A stretch of 64,000 bases of DNA from the human T2T-CHM13v2.0 reference genome, Homo sapiens. Where the stretch lies: the NCBI RefSeq assembly GCF_009914755.1, contig NC_060931.1; one strand, 5' to 3'. Below, piece after piece: positions 16,483 through 38,471 of the stretch (position 1 is its first letter; each line of letters starts with the position of its first letter). A program made the translations under genes and the position numbers. Under the pieces are notes generated by a model that was given only the letters and a program-made list of their open reading frames with translations, ran no database searches and had not been told where the DNA came from.

Positions 16483-16620
16483 TAGTTTTAACTTTTATGT
16501 TTGGGCCTGTGATTCGTCTTGAATCAATTTTTATGAATGATGTGAGGTAAAGGTTAAGATTTATCCCACCTCTGCCAATATGGATATCCAGTTGTTTTGG
16601 CACCATTTGTTGAAGACTTT

Positions 16621-17409
<789 letters not shown>

Positions 17410-17467
17410 TTTCTTCCTTTTGATCAAGATCTTTCTCAGAAAGCATGACTGATCATTCATCTTGTAG

Positions 17468-18107
<640 letters not shown>

Positions 18108-18636
18108 TAAACTTAATATGACAATGTCAGTTTGCATAATGGCTTTGAGTTGTGAATCTAGGCTTAAAGAAAACAAATTGAATAAGTTAAATCACCATAG
18201 GGAATTAGAAGAGACCTGCTGTAACCCTATGAGCTGTTTTGTTTTGTGTATATGGGTTTCAGCTTTCCCAGAGGAATTTATCCAGGTACAGCTTGTAATA
18301 TTAGAAACAGCACAGACATTTTCTTATTTAATGAATCGATACAAAAGTATTTCTTAAGTTAGGTTTTGTTAACTCACCAGCAGAGGCTATTGATTATAAA
18401 ATTTCAATTACACTGTTAGTCTGCCAAGTGAGAAAAGTAGCATTAAGAGGAGTAAAAGTCTCATTATGATATGAAGTTCTTATTCCAACCTCTTGGAGAA
18501 AGCTGTTTACAGTGTGAAAATAGCAACTTTTTCTTCTGGTTTGTAGTTTGAATATCTTTGGTCATGACATTGGGCAGTTGGGTGAACCTTTTTTGTGGTT
18601 CATAAATCAGACATGAGGCTTGTTTCTTAAAATTTA

Positions 18637-18939
<303 letters not shown>

Positions 18940-19828
18940 TTATCTAGTTTCAGCTAATAAAGCTTTTTAAGCCAGCTGGAGAATTGTGACCAAGTATTGG
19001 AGGAAATTAGAAGAATTCAGAATCTAGTCCAGTCTACACGTAGATAACAAGAACTTTAAAACAATGCACGGGGCTACAAACTGTAATAAGAATAGGTATA
19101 TTACAGTTTTTCTATAGAGACATAACTTTTTCTTCCCACATTGATCACACAGGAATCTCAGATTTAAAAACCTCCTGAGCTAGGAAGCCAAACCAGGGCA
19201 GATTTTAGATCTTACGTACAATCTTAAGGATCTTTGGCCTTCCAGGAAGTGACCATTTTTACTGACTCACTGGAAGTCTGGGAACTCTGGAAGCCAGGCA
19301 TTCAATGCACATTTTCAAATAAGACATTTCAGCCAAAGCCTTGGTGGTATATAACCGATGTTTATATTTCTAATTGTATCCTACTTGAGAGCAGATTTTT
19401 ATTGAATTTATATAAATAAAAATAAGAATACTAATGGTTGGTGAATTTTGGGAGGAATCCAATAGGGAGGAAAAGCAAATGGTTCCATCTTTGTTCACAA
19501 AAGTATGCTTTACCAAATTGTTGTATACTATAGATAGCTTATGCGAGAAAAATGTCTTAAATCTGTAAGACAAAATATTTTAAGTAAAGAACCAAAAATG
19601 AAAAGTCACAAACACATCATCGTCATTAATTACTTAATTTGAAGTCATTAAATTTTAGTTTTGCTTGATCTTGATTAGCAGTTTTATGGAGCAGTGCCGT
19701 TGTACTGTGAGGTTGGCCATTAACAGTTTTATGCACCAATCAGTTTTTAAAATATATTAGAGTTCTGGAAGTTGTCATTTAGTCCATTGATCTTAAAATT
19801 ATCAGAAATGTGTTCAAGAGTACTTGTT

Positions 19829-20189
<361 letters not shown>

Positions 20190-21248
20190 TCACCCAGATG
20201 TAGCCCATCTGCAGTCACCCAGATGTCACCCAGATATAGCCTGGGTGACAGAGCGAGACTCCGTCTCAAAAAAAAAAAAAAAGAAAAGAAAACACAAATC
20301 ATCAGTATCAGGAATGAAACAATATTATTACAGGTCCTGCAGCGATTGAAAGGATGATAAGGGAGTGCTGCAAACAATTTTATGTTAGTAAATTTGGCAA
20401 CTTAGGTGAAATACATCTATTCCTCAAAAACCGTAACTTATTAAAACTCAACCAAAATATATAATCGGAATAATCCTGTAATCATTGAAGAAACTGATTT
20501 TGTAATTAAAAGCCTCCCCAAAGTGATATCCTAGTTTTCAATGGTTTTCCTGAAGAATTCTACCAAATATTTAATGAAGAATTAATGCCAGTTTTACTTA
20601 ATATCTTCCCCAAAATACAAGAGGTGGGGAACATTTCTGAACTCATTTTATGAGGCCAATAGTAACCCGATAAAACCTGACAAAGACAATGCACTAAAAG
20701 AGAACTAAAGACTAATCTCTCAGGAATTTAGATGTAGAAATCCTCAACAAGATATGAGCAAATTGAATTCAGCCAAGTATAGAAAGAATTATATGCCATA
20801 ACCAAGTGGAATTTTTCCCAGGTATGCAAGGCAGGTTCAACATTTAAAAACCAAAGCAATCCACCATATCAAACATGCTAAGAAGAAAAATATCAGTCAG
20901 TCATATCAATTGATTCTGAAAAAGCATTTGGCAGAGTCTAACCCTTCATCATTAAAAACTCTTAGCAAGTTAGAAATAGAGGAATATTAACCTCTACAAA
21001 ATTCTTACAGCTAACATCATACCTAATATGAGAGAGTAAATGCTTTTCCCATTAGATTGGGAACAAGACAAGTATGTCTGTGTTCACCACTCCTGTTTTA
21101 CATAGTATTGTAAATTCTAGCCACTGGAATTAGTCAAGAAAAAGAAAATGCATACAGGTTGCAAAGGCAGAAATAAAGCTGTCTTGTTTTGCAGGTGACG
21201 TGATTGTTATGTAGAAAATCTCAAGGAAATGACAAATAAATTTCCTAG

Positions 21249-21601
<353 letters not shown>

Positions 21602-22139
21602 GTATTCTGTATATTAACAATGAACATATGAAAACCAAAACTAAAAAGTTCATTTACAGTCACTCCAACGAAAGTAATATGCTTCGATTTACATTTAACA
21701 AAACATACACAGGACTGGATGCTGAAAATTTTTAAAATGCTGATAAAAAATAAATGAAAATCTAAACAAATAGACATACCATGTTCATGGATTAGAAAAC
21801 TCAGTATAATAAACTGTCAATTCTCCCCAAATTGATTCTGTAGGTTGAATGAAGTTCTTACAAAAATACCAATAAGATTTTTGTAGAAATAGGCAAACTT
21901 ATTCAAGACTTGAAAGACACAGGCCCTAGAATAGCTTAAACAATGTTGACAAAGAAGACAGAAATGGGAAGAATAGTTCACTCTGATCTTGTAGCTTACT
22001 ATATTGTTGCAGTTATCAAGATGGTGTGGTACTACTGGTAGAGAGATAGACATATAAATCAAGGGAAAGACTAGAGATCTCAGAAATAGACTCACAAAAT
22101 ATGTTTAACTGGGTTTTTACAAAAATGCAAAAGCTGTTC

Positions 22140-22486
22140 TGTATTAGTCCGTTTTCATGCTGCTGATAAAGACATACCCAAGACTGGGAAGAAAAAGAGG
22201 TTCAATTGGACTTACAGTTTCACATGGCTGGGGAGGCCTCAGAATCATGGCAGGAGGCAAAAGGCACTTTTTACATGGTGGTGGCAAGAGAAAATGAAGA
22301 AGCAAAAGTGGAAACCCCTGATAAACCCATCGGATCTTGTGAGACTTATTCACTATCACAAGAATAGTACAGGAAAGACTGACCCCTGTGATTCAGTTCC
22401 TCCCCGGGTCTCTCCCACAACACGTGGGAATTCTGGGAGATAAATTCAAGTTGACATTTGAGTGGGGACACAGCCAAACCATTTCA
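22140..22486 (-). mobile_element. THE1C-like MaLR solo LTR inserted in L1
   Basis: tgtattagtccgttttcatgctgctgataaagacatacc...cagccaaaccatttca; near-TSD TGTTC/AGTTC. Confidence 0.85.
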
Positions 22487-22849
22487 AGTTCCATGGTGAA
22501 ATTTTCAACAAATGCTGCTGGAGCAATTAGATAACCATAGGCCAAAACCAACAGAAAAAAATAAAAGACCCAAATACTGCTCCCCGCAACAAATTCCGAA
22601 AAAGAGTGTCTTAAACTTCACACCTTATATAAAAATTAATTCAAAATGGATCACAGACTTAAACATTTGGAGACATCATTTTTTAAAACGAAAAACATTC
22701 CATCCTCTTCTCACATGCTTCTATGCCTGTGTCTTACAGAGTCCTTTTGAAAAATCCTTTTAGTCCTTCAGTATTGGATTTGGACCGCACACCTCTGGGA
22801 AGCTCTCACTGGTCCTTTGGTGAAGCTACCTTGGTTGCTTTTCCATCTT

Positions 22850-23080
22850 ATGGGCTCTAGTCCTTACATGATCTGTCCTCTGTGCACATGCAGAGAGATC
22901 TCTGGTCTCTCTTCCTGTTCTTATAAGGACGGTAGTTCTGTCAGATTTTGGTCCCATTCACGTGACCTCACTTAACCTTAAATACCTCATTAAAGAGCCT
23001 ATATCCACATGCCGTTGCATTGCATTGAAGTTTAGGACTTCAACCTGAATGGGACAGGGGAGCACAGGGCAGTTCAGAAC
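22850..23080 (-). mobile_element. MLT1-type MaLR LTR fragment
   Basis: tctcttcctgttcttataaggac...gacctcacttaaccttaaatacctc motif. Confidence 0.6.
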
Positions 23081-23460
23081 AAAGTGTATTAACTTCTTAA
23101 TCAATAGTGATTGAAGTGTACAGTTCTTCAGCTTTGTTTCTCTAGTGGCATGAGATTTTGTGGAAATTACTCTGTGACTCTGGCATTTGTTGGACGTTTC
23201 GGTTTTCAGTGCTATTTACAAGATTTGAATGTTTTGTTTGCTGCCTTGTACATTTTATTAGGAACTTGGAAGAGGTTTGTAGGCACAGGTTTTCCCTTCA
23301 CACCTTTTTTTCAAATGCAGTACTAATATGGACAGGGAAACTTTTTTTTTTTTTAATTAAAACAAAAAATAGTTAAAAGGCTTCATGGTCAACTGACAGT
23401 AAATAAGCTAGTAGACATTTATGTAATATTCTTTCATTGTGGACAGGCTTATATTAATAA

Positions 23461-23701
23461 CAGTACTTTGGGAGGTCGAGGTGGGCGGATCACTTGAGGT
23501 CAGGAGTTCAAGACCAGCCTGACCAATATGGTAAAACCCTGTATCTACAAAAAATACAAATACTAGCTGGGCGTGGTGCCGCATGCCTATAATCCCAGCT
23601 ACTTGGGAGGCTGAGGCAGGAGAACCGCTTGAACTGGGAGGCGGAGGGTGCAGTGAGTTGAGATCACACTACTGCACTCCAGCCTAGGTGACAGAGTGAG
23701 A

Positions 23702-23735
<34 letters not shown>

Positions 23736-23740
23736 ACACC
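23461..23740 (+). mobile_element. AluS ending in a (CA)n microsatellite
   Basis: Alu body, then (CA)n at 23704-23735. Confidence 0.9.
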
Positions 23741-24262
23741 CCTATACACGTGTAAAGGCTACTCATTCGTGTCTCTGCTTTCCTTCTCCTTGTTCGTTGT
23801 TGGTATTATTAATTCCATATTATTTCAGTCACTTGGCCTCAAAATCAGTTATTTTGGATGACTTCCTCTGTTTTGCTCCTCAGTGGGGAATGACATTGAT
23901 TTCACTTCTTTAGTACCCTACCTGTCCCACTGATCTTAGGAGAAAGTCATCATTACCTGTCTCACATAACCTCCTCCCAGGCTTCACTGCTTTCACTTGT
24001 ACTGAAATCAAGCTTGTCTTACCCAGAGCTCTGGACAGATCTGATTTTACCTTTTAAAGCTTGATATTATCTTGATTCCAACCCTGGTTGATCTAGACAT
24101 TTTTTTAGATTACCTTCTTACTACATGTACCAACTTATATGACTCGTGATATTTGTTTTTATCCCTTGCATCATCAAATAGTGATCTTTTTGGAAATGGG
24201 AATAATGTATTTCTTGTATACCTGCTGCTTGCTTCCACAATGTCTCAAATATGTATGCTCCA

Positions 24263-24601
<339 letters not shown>

Positions 24602-24985
24602 TTATTCAGAGCAGGGATATGCTTGCATAGGCAGACAGCCCCCATTTTTTAGGAGTCTGTTTTATCTGTTTCCTAGCATTATATATTATTGTATTAATGT
24701 TATTTGAAGGAGTCTGATGGATTTGAAAATGAAAGCATTAGTGGTTCTCCCTGTAGAGTTTTCAGAGTTAATGAATCATAGGTTTATTTCACTGGGCTTT
24801 AGTAAAAACCCAAAGCACTGCCAAAACACTGAAATGCTCTGATGCGAATTTCCTGCGTCATGCAGTTACCAGTAGGAGTATTCATGGTTACGAAACACAT
24901 GGTTTCTCTTAAAAATGATGCCTTGGTGGTTTGTTTCTGTGCTTTGACAATTTTATTCAAATTGTGATTTGTTTACTTGTCATAG

Positions 24986-25104
24986 TCCATGCTCCGAGGG
25001 AGAGGAGGTTGTTACAAACACACATTCTATGGAATTGAGAGCCATCGCTGCATGGAAACCACCCCGAGCTTGGCGTGTGCTAATAAATGTGTCTTCTGTT
25101 GGCG
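24986..25104 (+). CDS. TYW1: TYW1 internal coding exon (probably exon 10), 119 nt, radical-SAM cysteine motif
   Basis: ttgtcatAG|TCCATG...TGGCG|GTaagt; encodes [39 protein letters not shown](R); CxxxCxxC at 25076-25099. Confidence 0.97.
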
Positions 25105-25710
25105 GTAAGTAAAAATGAAAGGTCATGGTGATCGAATATGTAATGAGCTGTGGTAATCAATCTGCCCAGCTCACACTCAGACTTACCTAAGAGCTCTGCT
25201 GTCTTGGTGATTAATCTTTTCAACTGTGAATGTTAGTGTATAAAAATTTTGTAGACAAATATTTTTGTTTCTCTTGGACAAACACTGTGAGGAATTGCTG
25301 GATTTGTAAACATCCATTTGGACAGTTTGTCTTTTTTAACTGGTGAGTTTAGTTTGTCTTATTTATAGTGATTATCGATAAATAGTGATACATTAGTGAT
25401 AAAAGTTTATTTTTATTCTATCCTTTTGTGCTTTCTGTTTATCTTGCTCTCCTACATTGTTTTCTTTTTTTTCTATCTATGACTAATTTTATGCTAAGGT
25501 GTCAGCTTGGGTGTCTTTTTATTGGAGGCTTTTCAGTTTATCTTGCTGGAAATACAAGCAGTGAATGTTGTTTTTCAGCTGGTTACAGCCCATTGTATGC
25601 AGAATTGAGTCTTTTACAACAATTGGGAATAGTTTAAGTGAAAGAAAATGGCTAAATTGCACAATTCTGTCTCTCTCTTTTTGGGGGCAGTGGTGCTTGC
25701 TACTAACCCA

Positions 25711-26670
<960 letters not shown>

Positions 26671-27156
26671 CAGATTCTCATTATTTCTTCCTTTAGCAAC
26701 CAAAATGATTTAATACTTTCTAGTCAATGTCATCTCTTAATTTATCTCCATATTTGCACAAGAGTTATAATTCTTTTTTTTTCCAGTTATTCCTAAAAAT
26801 TTTGTTTTGATTATTATAAATGCTTATAATAACTTGATTTGGGGGTGATTTTGTTATGATTATTTGGGGGTTACAAATAAATTTTAGCAAGTAGACAATG
26901 TTACAAATATGAAATCAGATATTAATGGGATTGACTATTTTGAATTGGTAAACTATTTTGAATTGATATTATTTGACTCAATAGCAGTCAAAAACTTTGC
27001 CCATAAACAGCTCTGTCCCTCCTCCTTTATGTCATTGTCACAAATGACAACTTTATATACTGTATGCCCATTAACATAGATTTATAATTGCTGTTTTATA
27101 CATTTGTCTTTTACATCATCAAGAGAAAAAATAGAGGAGTTACAATCCAAAAATAC

Positions 27157-27475
27157 TGGCCAGGTGCAGTGGCTTATGCCTGTAATACTAGCATCTTGGG
27201 ATGCCAAGGTGGGTGGAGCATTTGAGCCCAGGGGTTCAAGACCTGTCTGGGTAACATGACGAAACCTTGTCTCTACGAAACTTGCAAAAATTCGCCGGGC
27301 ATGGTGGTGCATGTCTGAAGTCCCAGCTACTCCAGAAGGCTGAGGTGGGGGTGATCATAAGCCTGGGAGGTGGAGGGTGCAATGAGCCTTGATTGTGCCA
27401 CTGCACTCCAGCCTGGGTGGCAGAGCAAGACCCTGTCTCAAAACAAACAAATGAAAAACAAACACAAACAAAAAT
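27157..27475 (+). mobile_element. AluJ
   Basis: TSD AATCCAAAAATAC. Confidence 0.9.
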
Positions 27476-28550
27476 CCAAAAATACAACAGTGGTGACTTT
27501 TGTATTTACCTATGTATTTTACCTTTATGTTGTTCTTTGTATATTTGTATGATATGGGTCTGTTTAGTGTCCTTTCATTTTTGTCTGAAGGACTCCCTTT
27601 AGTATTTATCGTAGGGCAGGTCTGTTAGCAGTGAACTCCCTCAGCCTTTATTTATCAGTGTCTTAATGTCTCCTTCAGTTTTGAAGAATTGTTTTGTTAG
27701 ATATAGAAATCTAGACTGACAGTTTTTTTCTTGTAACATTTTAAATATGCTCTCCCACTGCCTTCTGGCCTCCATGGTTTCTGCTGAGAAATTGGCTGTT
27801 AATTTTACTAAGGATCCCTTATATGTGATGAGTGCCTTCTCTCTCGCTTCTTTCAAGTTTCTTTCTTTGTCTTATTCTTCCAACAGTTTGATTATAACAT
27901 ATCTTGGTATGGATCTCTTTGTGTTTGTACTACTTAGAGTATGTTGAGCTTCTTAGTTCTGTGAATTCAAGTCTTCTACCAAATTTGGGAATTTTTCAAT
28001 AATTATTTCTTCACATGTTCTTTCTGTTCCTTCTTATCTCCTTCTGGAACTTTTATTATGCATATGTTGGTATGCTTGATGGTGTCCCCCAGCTCTTTTC
28101 AATTTGATGGTGTCCTAAGGCTCTGTTCAATTTTCTTCACACTTTTTTTTTTCTACTTAGACAAGATAATTCCAAATTGATTTGTCTTCCACTTCACTGA
28201 GGTTTTTCTTTGGCCTGTTCAAATCTTCTGTTGAAACCCTCTAGTGAAGTCTTCATTTCAGTTATTATTCTTTCACATCTTCTGTTTGGTTCCTTCTTAT
28301 CATTTGTATCTCTTCATTGATATTCTGGATTTGTTTAGACATTGTTTTCTTGGTTTCCTTCATCTCTTTGTCCATGGTTTCCATTAGCTCTTTGAGCATG
28401 TTTAAGATAGTTGGCTTAAAGTATTTTTTTAGTTGGTCTAATGCCTATGCCTCCTCAGGGAGAGTTTTTCCAATACATGCTGGGAATACACACTTGTTTC
28501 TTTGCATGGTTTGTATGCAAAGAAATGTTTTGTTGAAAACTGTATATTTT

Positions 28551-28873
<323 letters not shown>

Positions 28874-29151
28874 TTAACTCTGGAAGTCAGATTTTTCTCA
28901 CTCTTCAGGGTTTGTTTTTTATTGCTTGCTCTGGGTTTTGTTTGTTTAGTGAGTTTTCTAAACTATATTTGTAAAGATTTTATTCTTTGTTTTATATTAT
29001 CTCTGAAGTCTGTGTCTTAAGCTCAGGGGTCAGCTAATGATTTGACAGAGATTTCCTTGAGCTCATGGAGCCAAAGAAAAAAAATTGGAAAAAAAAAAAA
29101 AAGCTTCTCCCAGTCTTTGCAGATTGACTCTGTCTTGGAACATTTCTTTCG

Positions 29152-29622
<471 letters not shown>

Positions 29623-29839
29623 TGGAACACTCTTTTAATGTTTAGCCAGGCCATTTACAACTCTGCCTTAGCCTTTGCTTCCTGCTTGTGCTGAGCCTAA
29701 AGATCGGGCAGAGGTGAAAGTTTAGACTCTTCCTAGGCCGCTTCTTAGCATGTCTCCTGTCCAGTGTGCCTTTCTAAATCCCAGGCGCATGCAGGTGCTT
29801 TTCAGTGCTCCAGTTCACCACATTAGCCTTGGTGCCTAG

Positions 29840-30247
<408 letters not shown>

Positions 30248-30499
30248 CCTCTCTACCCACTTTTAAAAAATTCTTATTATAGATTTTTTTTTAACATAAG
30301 CAGAGAGAGAACAATATATTAAACCTCGGTGAACATTTATCGTCATATGGATAATCATATTCCATTTACCTATTTTAATACAAATCCTAGCCATCATATT
30401 GTTTTATCTGTACATACTTCAACTGACAGATCATGTAAAATGTAAATAATAAGGTCTGTTAAAAAATGATATGGCCACAATACTATCATCCCATATTAA

Positions 30500-30633
30500 G
30501 CCCTGTCACCTAGGCTGGAGTACAGTGGTGCAATCATAGCTCACTGGTACCTTGAACCCATGGGCTCATGTGATCCTCCTGTCTCAGCCACTTGAGTAAC
30601 TCCAGCTACAGGCTTGTGCCACAATGCCTATCC

Positions 30634-30669
<36 letters not shown>

Positions 30670-30782
30670 GAGACAGGGTCTTGCTATGTTTCTCAAGCTG
30701 GTCTCAAACTCTTGGCCTCAAGCAGTCCTCTCCTCTTAGCCTCCCAAAGTGCTGAGATTATAGGCGTGGGCTACCATACCAT
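30500..30782 (-). mobile_element. AluJ, tail-truncated, long central T tract
   Basis: Antisense Alu arms. Confidence 0.85.
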
Positions 30783-30882
30783 ATTCTTTTACTTGTATTT
30801 CCTCTTTTAGTTATCTCGAGATGTGGTAAGAACAAACAAAAAACAAAACACTACAAGTATCTCTTAGGTCATCCTGTTAAAT

Positions 30883-31115
30883 CAGTGGTTCTCAACTGGG
30901 GGCAAAATTGCTATTTCTTGTCCCATACGGAGATTTGGAACATTTGACAATGTCTCGAGATATTTTTTATTGTTAGAACCAAGGAGAGTGCTGCTGGTAT
31001 CTGGTGGGTAGAGGCTGGGGACGTTGCTAAGCATTCCCTAATGCATAGGACAGTGCTCCGCAACAAAGGATTATCTAGTCCAAAATGGCAGTTGTGCTGA
31101 GGTTGAAATAACCTG
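30883..31115. mobile_element. MER20 (hAT-Charlie DNA transposon)
   Basis: cagtggttctcaactggggg...gggtagaggctggggacgttgctaagcat...gctgaggttgaaataacctg. Confidence 0.85.
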
Positions 31116-31191
31116 TGTGCCATGGTCTACAGTTACTATTTCAGTGAAGGGTATTGCTGGAACATGGCAGCACTGAAATAGAATGTGACCA

Positions 31192-31790
<599 letters not shown>

Positions 31791-32533
31791 GAAATAAAAT
31801 GTGACCAAAAAACCACTTTTTAGGAATAGAGTATGTGCTTACAGAGTTTGAAATATTATAGGGTGAGCGCTTGCAAGACAAAAGTATGTTAGCCATATGA
31901 TTATGTAGACTGAAGTATTGGGATCACATCATACTTAGGTTGTAGGACAAATAATCAAGTATTTTGTGTCCTAGTTTTTCTTGTTTCACAGTTTACACTA
32001 AGTATAAATCCTAATCTCTTCTTAAGATTGTTGGCATAAGTAGTTGGTTTTTTTACAGGTCAAAATTCAAAAGAAATAACAGGATCTAATGGGTAGTGCT
32101 CCTTAATCTTAATTTCCTGTTCATAGCCAACAATGCAGTCTTTCAGTTTCTTGAGCAGTACATTTACCCAGAGTTTTGGAAAGCAAACAGTATCATTAAC
32201 ACATTCCTTAATGAGATTTTTAGAAAGATCTAAGTAAATGGAGATATTTCATTTACCATGGCTTCTGGTAAAGAAGGACTAATATACGAGGTTTTAAAAT
32301 TAGAATTTGCCATCTGTTTCAATGAAATATATAACAAGAATGTCAGAAAAGGTTCATTAAAAATTGATTTAAATGTTACATAAATGCTTTTATTATTGTC
32401 CTTTTCTTGCAGTGGATTCTTAAAATAGCCTCTGAGCCTCAGTTTCTCAACTGTAGAATAAAACAACATACCTTCCTTACAGGGTTGCTGTAAGGCTTAA
32501 TTGCTTGAGTGAGATTCTGTATATGACAGTGGG

Positions 32534-32746
32534 TTTTTTTTTTTATTCTTTTGAGATGGAGTCTCGCTCTGTCACCCAGGCTGGAGTGCAGTGGTGTGAT
32601 CTTGGCTCACTGTAACCTCTGTCTCCTGGGTTCAAGCGATTCTCCTGCCTCAGCCTTCCTGGGACTAAAGACATGTGCCACCATGCCAGCTGATTTTTGT
32701 ATTTTTAATAACTGGGATTACAGGCGTGAGCCACCGGGCCTGACCA
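32534..32746 (-). mobile_element. Alu with internal deletions
   Basis: Antisense Alu. Confidence 0.85.
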
Positions 32747-33089
32747 ATGACTGTGTTTTTAAACTACAACATGATGTACATAGATGTGATTTTTTCAAAG
32801 TGAAATTTTTACTTTATTTTGATTATATGTGAAGTAGACTGTTATGGATAGATAAAATGCTGTTCCACCAATTTTCAGAAGGATATATTGGGTATTTTTA
32901 TGTATGTATAGATACCACATATTTACCATTGTGTGTCTCTTATTCCTGTTTTTAAAATTTTATTTTAAGGTTTTATTCTTTGAAATTTTGAATCAAGGGT
33001 TTTGTCTGTTTTCCTTGCTCCTGGGTTAGCCTGTGAAGTGGGGGCAGGGTGGAGGAAAGAGTTATATCTGTCTTGAAGAAATAACCCAA

Positions 33090-34775
<1,686 letters not shown>

Positions 34776-35723
34776 TCATTCTTTTTTATAGGGCTAAATA
34801 ATATTCCATTGTGAATATATATCACATTTCCTTTATCCATTTATCTGCTGATGGACACTTAGGTTGGTTCTGTATCTTGGTGATTGTGAATAGTGCTGCC
34901 ATAAGCATGAGAATGCAGCTATGTCTTCAACATACTGATTTCCTTTCCTTTGGATGTATATTCAGTAGTGGGGTTGCTGGATCATATGGTAGTTCTAGCT
35001 TTAGTTTTTTGAGGAATCTCCATATTGTTTTCCATAATGACTGTGGTAGTTTACATTGCCAACAACAGTGTATAAGAGTTCCCTTTCTCCACATCCTTGT
35101 CAGCATTTGTTATTATTTGATAATAGTCATTTTAACTTGGGTGAGATGGAATCTCATTGCGGTTTTGATTTGCATTTCTTTGATGATTAGTGATGTTGAG
35201 CATTTAAAAATGTGTCTGTTGGCTACTTGTATATGTTCTTTTGAGAAATGTCTATTTACATCATTCGACCTTTTAAAAATCAGATTATTTGTGGGTTTTT
35301 TTGCTGTTGGGTTGTTTGAATTTTTTGTATATTCTGGATATTAATCCCTTGTTTGATGAATGGTTTGGAAATATTTTCTGTCATTCTGCAGGTTGTCTCT
35401 TTACCCTGTTGATTGTTTCCTTTGCAGTGCAGCAGCTTTTTAGTTTGATATCATCCTATTTATTTGTTTTTACTTTTGTTGCCTGTAATTTCGAAGTTCT
35501 ATTCATAAAATCATTGCCCAGACCAGTGTCCTAAAGTGTTTCCTCTGTGTTTTCACAGTATGTAATTTCACAGTTTCAGGTCTTACGTTTATGTCGTTAA
35601 TCTGTCTTGAGTTGATTTTTGTATATTGTCTTTCCCCACTGCATGACCTTGGCACCTTAGTCAAAAATTGGTTTCCTGTAAATATTTGGATTTATTTCTG
35701 GGTTCTCTATTTTGTTCTGTTGA

Positions 35724-36094
<371 letters not shown>

Positions 36095-36377
36095 CTATAG
36101 TATATTTTGAAGTCATGTACTGTAATACCTTGAGCTGTGTTCATTCTGCATAGGATTTCTTTGGCTATTTGGGGATTTTAATGGTTCCATGTGATTTTTA
36201 GAATTGTTTTCTATTTCTGTGAAAAATGTCTTTGGTGGTTTGATAGGGATTGCATCAAATCTGTAAATTGCTTTGGGTGGTATGATAACTTTAACTATAT
36301 TTATTCTTCCAACCCATGGAGATGGGGTATCTTTCCATTTTTTTGTGTGTGCTCTCTTCAATTTCTTTCCTCAGTGA

Positions 36378-36695
<318 letters not shown>

Positions 36696-36873
36696 GAGGA
36701 TTTTTATACCTTTGTTTATCAGGGATATTGGCATGCTATTTTCCTTTTCTTTTTTGTTGTGTTTTTGTCTTGTTTTGTTTTCAGGGTAATACTGGCCTCG
36801 TATAATACTGAGTTTCTAAGAATTTCTTCCCCCTTAATTTTTTGAAATAGTTTGAAAAGTATTCGTGTGAGAG

Positions 36874-36901
<28 letters not shown>
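36874..36901. repeat. (GT)n microsatellite
   Basis: Seen directly. Confidence 0.95.
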
Positions 36902-36904
<3 letters not shown>

Positions 36905-38102
36905 AGGTTTGGTGGAATTTATTAGGGAAGCCATCTGGCCATGTACTTTTTTCTTTGTTGGAAGACTTTTTATAATTGATTTAATCTTGTTAATGATCTG
37001 TTCAGGTTTTCTCTTTCTTCCTGGTTTATTCTTGGTAGGTTGTGTGTGTACAGGAATTTCTACGTTTCCTCTAGGTTTTCCAATTTGTTGGTGTACAGTT
37101 GGTTATAACAGTCTTTAATGATTCTTTGTATTTCTGTGGTATCAGTAGTAATGTCTCTTTTTTTGTTTCTGATTATATTTATTTGGATCTTTTTTTTTTT
37201 CTTGGTTAGTCTAATGGTTTGTCGATGTTTATCTTTTTAACAAATGAACTTTCTGTTTTGTTGATTTTTGTGTTCTTTTAGTCTCAACTTCATTTATTTT
37301 TGCTCTGATTATTATTTTTTTCTGTTCTAGTAATTTTGGGTTTGGTGTGTTTTTGCTTTTCTAGTTCCCTGAAGTGCATTGTTAGATTGATATTTGAAAT
37401 GATTCTACATTTTTGATATAGTTGTTTATTATTATAAACTTCCCTCTTAGTACTGCTTTTGCTCTGTCCCTTAAGTTTTGACATTTGCTTCTATTTTCAT
37501 TTGTTTCAGTACATATTTAAATTTTTTTCTTGCTTTCTTCATTGACTCATTGGCTGTTCAAGAGTGTGCTATTTGGTTTCCATTACTTTATATAGGTTCC
37601 AAAGTTCCTTTTATGACTGATTTCTTGTTGTATTCCATTGTCCAAAAACATACTTGATAGGATTTTGATTTTTTAACATTTTTTGAGACTAAAATATGGT
37701 CTGCCCTGGAGAATATTTTATGTATGGATGAGAAGATCGTGTATTCTGCAGGTGTAGTATGAAATATTTTGTCAGTGTCTGTTAGGTCAGTTTGGCCTGT
37801 GGTTTGAATCTGGTGTTTCTTTACTGATTTTCTGTCTAGGTGATCTGTCCAATTCTGAGAGAGTGTGATGTTGATGCCCCCAACTATTATGGTAGTAGAG
37901 TCTATCTTTCCCATTAGATCTCATAATGTTTGCTTTATATCTCAGTGCTCCAGTGTTAGGTACATAAATATTTACAGTTGTTAGATCCTCTTGCTGCAGT
38001 GATTCCTTTATCATTATACAGTGACCTTTTCCTTGGTCTCATTTTACAGTTTCTGACTTAAAGTCTATTTTATCTTATACAAGGATAGCTACTCTTGCTT
38101 AC

Positions 38103-38471
<369 letters not shown>

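Noticed and set aside
34811-35344. 177-aa ORF, the longest in the track
   Set aside because: Antisense reading of an L1 3' region.
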